A stretch of DNA of 32,000 nucleotides from assembly GCA_965263155.1 (NCBI GenBank), contig OZ253586.1, forward strand, positions 2,499,171 through 2,531,170, written 5' to 3'. A program made the position numbers and the translations under genes. How positions within the stretch are numbered: the stretch's first letter is position 1; each line of letters opens with the position of its first letter. The stretch is from Dehalococcoidia bacterium (GTDB lineage Bacteria > Chloroflexota > Dehalococcoidia > Lucifugimonadales > JAAXIE01). Positions 9,227 through 17,109 of the stretch are shown piece after piece. The notes under the pieces were generated by a model that saw nothing but the letters and a program-made list of their open reading frames with translations, searched no databases and was not told where the DNA came from.

Positions 9227-9382
9227 ATGCGCGCAAATAAGAAGATGGGTTTAGGCATCGCTCTCGAAGTTGGAGCAGGCGTAGGCATAGGCGCGGCACT
9301 CGGCAACATCGGCGTCGGTTTGGCAATAGGATTTGCCGTGGGCGTAGCGCTCGGTGCAAGTTGGGGCCGACATCGTCGCTAA
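9227..9382 (+). CDS. Small glycine-zipper membrane protein (51 aa)
   Basis: MRANKKMGLGIALEVGAGVGIGAALGNIGVGLAIGFAVGVALGASWGRHRR has a basic N-terminus, GxxxG-rich hydrophobic segments and a basic tail. The ORF is trimmed to the ATG at 9227. The Shine-Dalgarno sequence is weak. Confidence 0.5.
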   Translation: MRANKKMGLGIALEVGAGVGIGAALGNIGVGLAIGFAVGVALGASWGRHRR

Positions 9383-9438
9383 GGCTGGTGTTAGCATCCC
9401 CTAGTCCAAGGCACCCTCACTGAATCCTCATAGCAGCA

Positions 9439-9514
9439 CCTCCCACCGAAAAGTTCGCAGTTCGGTACGCCCTGGCCCACCAAAAAAGAACTCTGGACAG
9501 GGCCGGACACCCAA
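9439..9514. repeat. Intergenic repeat family, copy B
   Basis: The first 43 nt match copy A at 38 positions by my count (CCTCCCACCGAAAAGTTCGCAGT identical). A looser match follows through GGGCCG..ACACCCAA. Confidence 0.8.
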
Positions 9515-9583
9515 GCGCGGTGGGGTCCTTACTCTCCTACTGTGTTCGGGTATAGGGACCGTGTGAGGGTTGGCGGCTCTATC

Positions 9584-10729
9584 CTAGCCAACAGGCTCGC
9601 CCAAAGACATGGGATTGATTGGCGTGGGCATCGCCTGCACCTCCGGCAGCACCTTCTCGGCAAATAGCCTCAGGCTTCGTTCCGCCTTGTCCCTGGGCAT
9701 CCCGCCGTAAAACATGTGGATCACGACCTTTTCCAGGCTGATGGTTTGCTGCAGGGCGTGGATCCTCTTGATGATCTCCTCAGGCGTGCCGATGGGTTGG
9801 GTCGCGCGCCGCGCCGCGAAGCTGGCATCCGCCGTACCCACATCGGCATTCTGGCGTATCAGGTACTCCTCATATCCATGAATGCCCTCGTACCCTGGAT
9901 TGTTCCATTCGAAGTAGTGATGCTGGGCTGCGGTAAGCTGGTTGTGGAAGTACTCCCACCCCTCTTCGGCTTCCGCCGCGGTCTCGGCGCAGTACATCCA
10001 CAAGAGGGTGGTGGGCTGGTCCGGCGGAAGGCCTAGCCCGTGGCGAATCTTGTTGAACCTTCGTACCTTATCCGTCATCTCGCGCACGTCGTCGCCCGCA
10101 ACAAACATCTGCCCAAGACCGTTCTCGGCAGCCATCCTCGCTGACGCCTCCGTGGTGAACGCGGCTTTGATGTTGTTAGTCAGTTCACCTTTGTGGCGGG
10201 CTTGGGGCCGGATACTGGTGGGCGGTATGTTGTAGACCTCGCCCTGGAACTCAAACCGCTCTGCGCCGTCGGCAGCCTTGATGGCGTTAACTACATCGTA
10301 GAAGTACTTGTGCGATTGCTCTATCGGGTATCCCAGCGAAGCATATTCGTGCGGCGCGATTCCTCGGCCGATTCCTAGGTGCAGGCGCCTACCCTGCAGC
10401 AGGATGTCAAGCATGGAGATCTCCGACGCTAGGCGTACCGGATTCCACCACGGGGCGACGATTACTGCAGTGCCCATGTCGACCCGGCGGGTCCGACCTG
10501 CCCAATAGGCTAGGTATTGCAATGGGTTCGGCTGCATCGAATAGGCCGACCCGTAGTGCTCGGTAGCCCAGATCGAATCGAAGCCCAGAGGCTCGACCAG
10601 TTCCCCCATATAGAGCGTGTCATCCATATTCTTGGCGTCCGGTATCGTCGGAGGGCGATCATAACCTCCCTCCATCAAACGGCTCCAGTCACCCTGGTTG
10701 TAGCCAGTGACCATCACTCCACAATGCAT
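9584..10729 (-). CDS. LLM-class (luciferase-like) flavin-dependent oxidoreductase
   Basis: LGFDSIWATEHYGSAYSMQPNPLQYLAYWAGRTRRVDMGTAVIVAPWWNPVRLASEISMLDILLQGRRLHLGIGRG is a typical LLM TIM-barrel N-terminal half. ATG at 10729 is preceded by AGGAGG with a 9-nt spacer. Confidence 0.9.
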   Translation of the reverse strand: MHCGVMVTGYNQGDWSRLMEGGYDRPPTIPDAKNMDDTLYMGELVEPLGFDSIWATEHYGSAYSMQPNPLQYLAYWAGRTRRVDMGTAVIVAPWWNPVRLASEISMLDILLQGRRLHLGIGRGIAPHEYASLGYPIEQSHKYFYDVVNAIKAADGAERFEFQGEVYNIPPTSIRPQARHKGELTNNIKAAFTTEASARMAAENGLGQMFVAGDDVREMTDKVRRFNKIRHGLGLPPDQPTTLLWMYCAETAAEAEEGWEYFHNQLTAAQHHYFEWNNPGYEGIHGYEEYLIRQNADVGTADASFAARRATQPIGTPEEIIKRIHALQQTISLEKVVIHMFYGGMPRDKAERSLRLFAEKVLPEVQAMPTPINPMSLGEPVG

Positions 10730-10854
10730 CCGCGGTTTCCTCCTCTAGGCCATGGGGCTGTAGGTCTGCGGGGCTCTAGGTGCGTCAGGCTCGCGCAGGG
10801 CCAGTCCATCTTTCAGATGGCGGCCTGCCGTACAAGTATAACTCTAGAGTTGGC

Positions 10855-10883
10855 TGACACTGGCGCTTGGGGGTGACACTGGC
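10855..10883. repeat. Perfect 10-bp direct repeat TGACACTGGC x2 (19-nt period) upstream of the LLM gene
   Basis: TGACACTGGC occurs at 10855-10864 and 10874-10883, about 125-155 nt upstream of the LLM start codon, in the 238-bp spacer between two minus-strand genes. Confidence 0.6.
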
Positions 10884-10967
10884 TAGGTCTGGTGGCGGCA
10901 ACCGCTACCAGGCCCTCTACAGCTCCTCATGGTTGATGGTGAGCATGTGGCCCCGCAAGACCGCAGC

Positions 10968-12005
10968 CTATAGCGGCAGGTAGACCGCCTGCCCCGACAT
11001 CGAGCTGTGGTGCACCGCCTCGGACCATTCCATGTAGTGGACCCCTGTCTCGAAGGGCACCATGTCCACCTTCTCCGTGCCACGAATGGCGTTGGTGAAC
11101 TGCTCCTCAACCCGGTACTTGGCCTGACCCTCCGGAGGGTTGGGGACCTCGTGGAGCTCCCGGTCGCCCCGTTTGCCAGCCCAGACCTTGCGCTGGCGGT
11201 CGACGTGGATCGTGCCCTCGGTGCCGAATATCCATATCTGGCTGCCACCGTTCAGTCCGGAGGTGGCGCTCATCTTCATGTGCACCTGGGCCCCGTTAGC
11301 CAGCTCGTACAGGATGTCGATGTGGTCGGGGATGGAAATCGAGACGGGATACCCGTCCTCGCCCTTGCGGTAGGGCACATGCACCTTGGACATAGCCATC
11401 ACCCGATTGCCCCGGCCCAGCCAGCGCATCATCGACTCATAGCCTGCACCGATGTTCAGGGTGTTGTAGCCGCTAAGGGAGCGCTCGTGGCGCCAATGGA
11501 GGGGGCCGTCGAAATCGGCAAAGCGGTTCTGCAAGGATGTGAAGTCCACCGATAGCACCTCCCCCAAGTGCCCCTGTCCCACCAACCCCATAATGGCGTT
11601 ATCGATGCCGTACGTCGTGGAGGTGGGAGTGAGCTGGCACACCAGGTCGGGGTGCGCCTTGGAGGCGTTCAGCATATCGTGGGCCTCGGCAGCGGTGGAG
11701 GCCAGCCGAGCCTCGGTAAGCACATGCTTGCCCGCATCCAAAGCAGCCAACGTGAGGGCGCGGTGCATATAAGGCCAAGTGCCGATGCACACCGCGTTGA
11801 TGCTCTCGTCCTCCAGCAACTCCTGCCAGGTGCCATAAACCGTCGGAATGTTGAACTGGTCGGCAATCGCTCTGCCTGACTCAATGGTACGGTTGGCCAC
11901 CGCAACGATCTCGCAGTCCTTCGCTGCCTGGAACCCAGGAATGTGTCGCTCCCGTACATTGCCTCCCGCGCCAATAAGCCCCACCCGGATCTGCTGGTCA
12001 GCCAT
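10968..12005 (-). CDS. Gfo/Idh/MocA family NAD(P)-dependent oxidoreductase
   Basis: MADQQIRVGLIGAGGNVRERHIPGFQAAKDCEIVAVANR is the Rossmann GxGxxG N-terminus of this family, and the C-terminal alpha/beta domain is present. The ORF is trimmed to the ATG at 12005, preceded by GAGGGGG. Confidence 0.9.
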   Translation of the reverse strand: MADQQIRVGLIGAGGNVRERHIPGFQAAKDCEIVAVANRTIESGRAIADQFNIPTVYGTWQELLEDESINAVCIGTWPYMHRALTLAALDAGKHVLTEARLASTAAEAHDMLNASKAHPDLVCQLTPTSTTYGIDNAIMGLVGQGHLGEVLSVDFTSLQNRFADFDGPLHWRHERSLSGYNTLNIGAGYESMMRWLGRGNRVMAMSKVHVPYRKGEDGYPVSISIPDHIDILYELANGAQVHMKMSATSGLNGGSQIWIFGTEGTIHVDRQRKVWAGKRGDRELHEVPNPPEGQAKYRVEEQFTNAIRGTEKVDMVPFETGVHYMEWSEAVHHSSMSGQAVYLPL

Positions 12006-12236
12006 CTGTTGCCCCCTCGTCGAATGGTCTGAAACGTACGTCCGAGAACACGTCCGCTCTCGCACCCGGTAATTCTAGCAAGATATCTATAGAAGCTGTG
12101 CAGTCCACACCCTCTTCGAGAGAAGCCTCGGGCCTTTTGGGGGGGGCGGGTCTCATGCGGGACAGTACGGGGCTGGCTCTCAGAGCGAGAGCTCCATCGC
12201 CGACGCTGCGGCGCCGGACAAGTTCTCCTTCGAGGC

Positions 12237-12503
12237 TTGCTGCGCCTTGCTGACCTCCTCAATGGGCGTGCGAAGCAGATTCCTGCCACGCCCCCATCGA
12301 TGGGTCTCGCTTTCACCGCACTGGTGGGCCTGTTGATGCGCGACGTGGCGCTCACCCGCGACGAGGTTGACGCCCTGATGGCTGGGTTGCTCACATTCGC
12401 CGAACCGCCGACCGGCGCGACCAGGTTGGCCGACTGGCTTGGCGACAATTTGGACGGCCTGGGACACCGGTACCTGTCCGAGCTACGGCGCAACTACCGC
12501 TAG
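12237..12503 (+). pseudogene. 3' remnant of an NAD(P)H-binding (atypical SDR / NDUFA9-like epimerase) gene
   Basis: ...LLNGRAKQIPATPPSMGLAFTALVGLLMRDVALTRDEVDALMAGLLTFAEPPTGATRLADWLGDNLDGLGHRYLSELRRNYR matches only about the last 90 residues of roughly 300-aa NAD(P)H-binding proteins. Only about 230 nt separate it from the divergent gene, so the Rossmann domain cannot be present. Confidence 0.6.
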
Positions 12504-12613
12504 TAGTCGCCGTCGTGACGAGCCGTGTCAGAGTCGGGTTGCGCAGGCATGGGTGACAGTTGCCGCCGCATATGCCATCCTGTCAAAACGATAGGCTAGC
12601 AGACTTTGGTGAG

Positions 12614-12671
12614 CCTCCCAGGCCCAGCCACATCTTGAAGATAGTTCTCTCTATCGTCAAAATAGGCCCAC
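12614..12671. repeat. Intergenic repeat family, copy C (collapsed)
   Basis: CCTCCCA-GGCCCA-GCCACATCTTGAAGATAGT...AATAGGCCCAC reads like copy A with internal deletions. CCACATCT(C/T)GAAGAT(G/A)GT and TAGGCCCAC are shared. Confidence 0.6.
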
Positions 12672-13034
12672 TTTTTACGGCCTAGCTGACTGTAGGTGTT
12701 ACTAGAGTTCGGTGTAAGGCGTCTCAAACTGCCACGCGTTATCCAGATCGGTGACCCCCGACTCGCATGTGTAGGGTAGCTTGCTTGTGGACAATTGGGC
12801 CGCCATATTCGCAGAAATCCTCAGTGCTTTGCCGAGGCGCGGTTGCTATTCTTTGTTGTCCTCTATCGAATGGCGACCCAGCTGGCTTGAGTCTGACCAG
12901 CTGTTCATTGTCCATGGTGCCATGCGAGCGGGACATAGAGGCACCCTAGGAATGGAACAGTGTCCCGTCCGTCAAATGAATTGGGCGAGTAGGTGGATGC
13001 GCGCTAACCAGACCGATCACGCGGTATATCAAGT

Positions 13035-14089
13035 TCACGTCGAGGTGCTGCGGACGACCGCGACCAGCTTGTCGAACTCGGCATTCTGGTCGATGTCCTG
13101 GCGGGTCGCTGGCAGGTCCATACCCTTGCGCGCTGCGACGTGCTCCAGTATGAAGCGGCGCAGTGGGCGGTTGTGGAAGAGCCCGTGCAGGTACATCCCA
13201 AAGTCAGCCCGTCGCTGTCCAAGGCTCCTTCCGGCGAATTTGCTCGATGACCGGAGCGCCACTCCACCAAGAGGGGGCTGGTCAGCCCTTGCACCGATGT
13301 AAGTCCCATATGGATTTCGTAGGCGGTCAACTGTGCGCCTTGGCATGCTCCCAAGAGGCCCTGGCCTTCCGTTACCCGACCTGTTGCTCGATGCGCGGCC
13401 TTCTCCTTCAGGAAGATAGCCCCAGACCGCGCGTTTCAGGCGTGGGCGACTCCACGCCATCGGGATCCGAGAGGACAGTACCCAGCATTTGGTAGCCAGC
13501 CCAGACACCTATCACTGGCGTACCATCTCTACGGGCGCAAAAGATACGTTTTGAGAGTCCTTGCTCCCGAAGCCAGTCCGTATCCCGCACAGCGGGATCG
13601 TTGAGTAGGTGGTCGAAGCTGTCGAAGTGGGGCAGGCGCACCACCGCGATGTGCACAGCCACGTCATCGTCCCCGATGACACCCGATCGCAGTGCTAGAG
13701 AGTTCTCGTCGGGTATGTGGATATTGAAGAAGTAGGGTAGGACTGTGGCAACCGGGACCGCTGGATGTTAATGCGGCAGGTCAATGCCCGACGTGAACAG
13801 CGACGGTCTCCGCGAACACTTGTTCACTGCGAGTCCCTTGACTAGGGCACTCTCATAGGTGTTCAAGAGCAACATAGTGCCGATGAAATGCGCGGAACCT
13901 CCGCCCCGGTCGATGTCTCCCACGAGTGGCACAGGTGCATCGGCATGGCGGGCCACACGCATGTTGACGATGTCGTGCTCTTCCAGGTTGATCTCGGCTG
14001 GGCTGCCCGTCCCCGGTCACCACTCCGGACACCGACAGAGAGGCAGTTGCAGCTATTGGGATGGACTTCAGGTCTTCCGACCTAAGCGA
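13035..14089 (-). pseudogene. cobQ: Cobyric acid synthase (cobQ) pseudogene, 5'-truncated with four lesions
   Basis: CobQ-like pieces are collinear but broken. They are VVTGDG / GSPAEINLEEHDIVNMRVARHADAPVPLVGDIDRGG, then PVATVLPY...VAVHIAVVRLPHFDSFD...PVIGVWAGYQMLG (GATase part), then LTAYEIHMGLT, then GMYLHGLFHNRPLRRFILEHV. Lesions are a frameshift near 14008, an in-frame TAA at 13768-13770, a frameshift near 13408 and a frameshift near 13192. The N-terminal P-loop region is absent (stop at 14090-14092). Confidence 0.8.
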
Positions 14090-14102
14090 CTAGCACAAGG
14101 CC

Positions 14103-14345
14103 ATGTTGACCTTCGCTGAGAAGCTGACTTTCGACCATGCTCGCGTGACGAAGCAAGACGTGTAGGGATTGAGAGAGGTTGGTTTCACTGAGGAGAATAT
14201 CCTAGAGATTGTTGCCTCCGTTGCTTTCAGCAATTTCAGTAATCGACTGAATGTCTCTTTGGGCCTAGATGATCCCGTCAACCTGCCCGAGTTAGACCCA
14301 GACCTAGACGGAATGCTGAAGGCACGAGCATCTGTAGCCACCTAA
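14103..14345 (+). pseudogene. C-terminal fragment of a carboxymuconolactone decarboxylase (CMD/AhpD-like) family gene with an in-frame TAG
   Basis: MLTFAEKLTFDHARVTKQDV*GLREVGFTEENILEIVASVAFSNFSNRLNVSLGLD matches the C-terminal half of peroxidase-related CMD proteins (xxLxFAEKLTxxxxxVTxxDVxxLRxxGFxDExIxEIxxxxAxFNxxNR). TAG at 14163-14165. An upstream stop at 14091 removes the N-terminal half. Confidence 0.65.
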
Positions 14346-14499
14346 CGCTCTGAGCGCCCTAGGAAGCGACCCTACTCGTCGTCTCTTGAAATCGTATTGA
14401 TTGTTCAAGGGTGGCTCTACGTATTCCAAGGGGGGTCTGGCGCGGTCAGCAGGTAATCGCGCCTAGTAGCCTCTCCGGGGACAAGTTCCACCATCCCGC

Positions 14500-15534
14500 T
14501 TATGGAATGGCGCCCACCTCCCGCAGCAGCGCAACCGTGCCCCGCAGGTCGCTTAAAGACCCAAGGTCGAGGTCAGGGGGGGCCAATGACGAAAGGGGAG
14601 GCAGCCCCGCATCGGGGGCTACGCCAAGTACAAGAGGATACTCTTTGGTGTTCTGGGAGAAGTAGGCTTGGGCCTTATCGGATAGTAGGAACTCCACGAA
14701 CTCCTCTGCCCCGCTTGAGTTATCGCTCCCCTCGATGATCCCAGCCCCAGCCACTAGCACCAGTGCTCCTGGGTCCCCTGCACCTAGGAAGTGGTTCCGC
14801 GCCCCGAAGCCTGTTCCCTCTTCTTCCAGGAACCGCTGCAAGTAATAGTGGTTCACGAACCCCACGTCCACCTCGCCTCTGGCCACGGCCTCGACAATGG
14901 AGGTGTTGTTGGGGTATTCCCGTGGCTCGTTGGCCCTGATACCCTCCAGCCAAGCCCGGGCTGCATCCTCGCCCCACTTGACGCGGAAGGCAGTGACAAA
15001 AGCCTGGAAGGAGCCATTCGTAGGGGCCCAGCCGACCCGGCCACGCCATTCAGGCTCAGTGAAGCCGAGTATGGAATTCGGCAAGCCGGTGTTGGGGTCA
15101 ACTGTCGAGGTGTTGTACACCACGGTGCGGGCACGACCCGATGTCCCTACCCAATGGCCCACGGGCGAGCGAAATGCCGGGTCCACGTTGTCCAAAAGGT
15201 CTTGTGGAAGTTCGGAGAACATCCTGGCGGCCGCCAGGATGCCCAAGGAGCCTGGGTCCTGAAGGAACACCACGTCGGCTGGCGTGTTTTTCCCTTCTTC
15301 AAGGACAGTGGCGGCGATGGAGGCACTGCCAGCGTACTTGACGCGCACATCCATGCCGCTCGCCTCCTTGAAGTCTTGCAGCAGGGGATTGACCAAGGTC
15401 TCGGACCGCCCGGAGTAGATGATGAGAGTGTCGTCACCACCCCCACAAGCGAGGGGGGCGATGATCACCGTTGCCAATATTGCGACGGCAATCAGCATTT
15501 GGGGATTGAGATTCTGCCAACGGGACCTTGTCAT
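14500..15534 (-). CDS. ABC transporter substrate-binding lipoprotein, Fe(3+)/FbpA-AfuA-like
   Basis: Lipoprotein signal ...IIAPLAC|GGGD. LIIYSGRSETLVNPLLQDFKEASGMDVRVKYAGSASIAATVLEEGKNTPADVVFLQDPGSL is typical of ferric-iron type SBPs. No permease or ATPase gene is adjacent. Confidence 0.8.
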   Translation of the reverse strand: MTRSRWQNLNPQMLIAVAILATVIIAPLACGGGDDTLIIYSGRSETLVNPLLQDFKEASGMDVRVKYAGSASIAATVLEEGKNTPADVVFLQDPGSLGILAAARMFSELPQDLLDNVDPAFRSPVGHWVGTSGRARTVVYNTSTVDPNTGLPNSILGFTEPEWRGRVGWAPTNGSFQAFVTAFRVKWGEDAARAWLEGIRANEPREYPNNTSIVEAVARGEVDVGFVNHYYLQRFLEEEGTGFGARNHFLGAGDPGALVLVAGAGIIEGSDNSSGAEEFVEFLLSDKAQAYFSQNTKEYPLVLGVAPDAGLPPLSSLAPPDLDLGSLSDLRGTVALLREVGAIP

Positions 15535-16012
15535 ATCTCCTACCCTGCCATGACCGCATTGTCGCGGGCGGATACCACCTAACGAGCGCCTTCTCTAGAC
15601 ATTCTACGCGACTATGTACAGACTAACTATATGTTTGAGCAGAGGATACATCACGATGTTATTACGCCGTGTCAACGAGACATTATGGTCAGGCCCATAG
15701 CCCACGGATGCAGAGCCAACCCTTTCCGAGCTTGTTGCTCGGAAACCGGCTCCGTCTCGGATATATAGCCTAGGGCATGGCCAATGCCAAGTCTAGAATA
15801 ATGAGGAAGCAGCCAGAGGCAGCCGCTCATGCTATGTAATAGCCATGCCCTTGGCCCCGGTCATTCGAGAGAGAAAAACGAGAAACCAAGGTTTGACCGC
15901 CTCCCAGTGTCGGGCTAGAGTGTTGCGGGGCCTTTGAACCAGCCCGGCACCTGCGGATTCCAATCACTGCGATCTCTCTTGGTTTCACGCTAACGAAAGG
16001 GACCTAACGGAT

Positions 16013-17068
16013 ATGTTGCGGTGTTTCATCCTTGCTTCAGTTCTGCTAACGACCGCACTCGCCTGCGCCCAAGTCACCGTTGATCGTGGCCACTCGCGGC
16101 TGGACGCGGTTCATGATCGAGGGCAAGTAGTCTGCGCTACGCTGGACGACACACCGGGTTTCGGGTTCATAGACAAGGCTGGAAACCATGTGGGCTTCGA
16201 CATCGACCTATGCCGCGCGGTTGCGTCGGCCACTCTTGGCGACCCGGACGCGGTCGAGCTCCGCAGGATTGACGCGGCCGAGCGCGGGCCTGTCATGCAG
16301 TCAGGCGAGGTGGATATGCTGGTCTTTGTCACAACGTGGACGAGCTCTCGTGACGCGGCATGGGGAGACTTCGTACCACCCATGTTTTACGACGGCCAAG
16401 GGTTCATGGTACCGGCGAACTCAGGAGTGAACAGCGCCTACGAGTTGAGAAGCGCCTCTGTGTGCACCGTAGCAGGCACTACCAGCGAGCTCAACATGGA
16501 AGACTTCTTTCGTCAAAACGGCCTCGACTACTCTCCCATCATCTTTGAGGACAGCGAAATCGGGTTTGACGCCTACATCAACGGCAATTGCGACGCGTTC
16601 ACGTCCGACCGCTCAGCCCTCGGAGCTCTACGAAGCAGCCTGCCCAGTCCCGACCAGCACATGATCCTGCCTGAAGTAATATCTGAGGAGCCGTTGACGC
16701 CCCTTGTGCCACACGGCGATAGCCAGTGGTTCGACATTGTAAAGACCGTGATGAGCATCCTGATTTATGCCGAGGCATTTGGCGTGAGTTCGGACAATGT
16801 CGATGCGATGACGGCGAGCGAGAACGTGAAGGTAAAGCGACTGCTGGGCGTCGAGGGTTCTTGGGGTCAAGACCAACTAGGCTTGGACCAGACAGTGGCG
16901 CAGACTGTGATAGCCTCGGTGGGCAACTACGGGGAGATATACAGCCGCTACTTGGGGCCGGACGGGATAGGACTGCCGCGAGAAGGCGGCCGGAACGCGC
17001 TTTGGGCTGAGGCCCCATGCACGGACTGTCCCAAGGGCGGGCAGATATACGCAGCTCCATTGCGGTAG
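16013..17068 (+). CDS. ABC transporter substrate-binding lipoprotein, general amino-acid (AapJ/BztA)-like
   Basis: Signal LLTTALAC|AQ. GFGFIDKAGNHVGFDIDLCRAVASATLGDPDAVELRRIDAAERGPVMQSGEVDMLV...DAFTSDRSALGALRS...ILPEVISEEPLTPLVPHGDSQWFDIVKTVMSILIYAEAFGVSS matches AapJ-type family-3 SBPs. No partner transporter genes are adjacent. Confidence 0.8.
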   Translation: MLRCFILASVLLTTALACAQVTVDRGHSRLDAVHDRGQVVCATLDDTPGFGFIDKAGNHVGFDIDLCRAVASATLGDPDAVELRRIDAAERGPVMQSGEVDMLVFVTTWTSSRDAAWGDFVPPMFYDGQGFMVPANSGVNSAYELRSASVCTVAGTTSELNMEDFFRQNGLDYSPIIFEDSEIGFDAYINGNCDAFTSDRSALGALRSSLPSPDQHMILPEVISEEPLTPLVPHGDSQWFDIVKTVMSILIYAEAFGVSSDNVDAMTASENVKVKRLLGVEGSWGQDQLGLDQTVAQTVIASVGNYGEIYSRYLGPDGIGLPREGGRNALWAEAPCTDCPKGGQIYAAPLR

Positions 17069-17109
17069 CCGTCCGGAAGACGCCATTTCAGACTATGTGG
17101 CAGGCGACA

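Noticed and set aside
11669-12493. 274-aa minus-strand ORF overlapping the Gfo/Idh/MocA start and the spacer
   Set aside because: The product is very Arg/Ser/Pro-rich and out of frame with a well-supported gene, and there is no ribosome-binding site.
14163-14165. In-frame TAG in the CMD-like fragment as possible pyrrolysine or programmed readthrough
   Set aside because: The gene also lacks its N-terminal half and sits beside other broken genes, and no pyl genes or recoding signals are seen. Simple pseudogenisation is far more likely.
14791-15582. 263-aa plus-strand ORF opposite the ferric SBP gene
   Set aside because: It is antisense to a gene with a lipobox and clear SBP homology, and it has no motifs.
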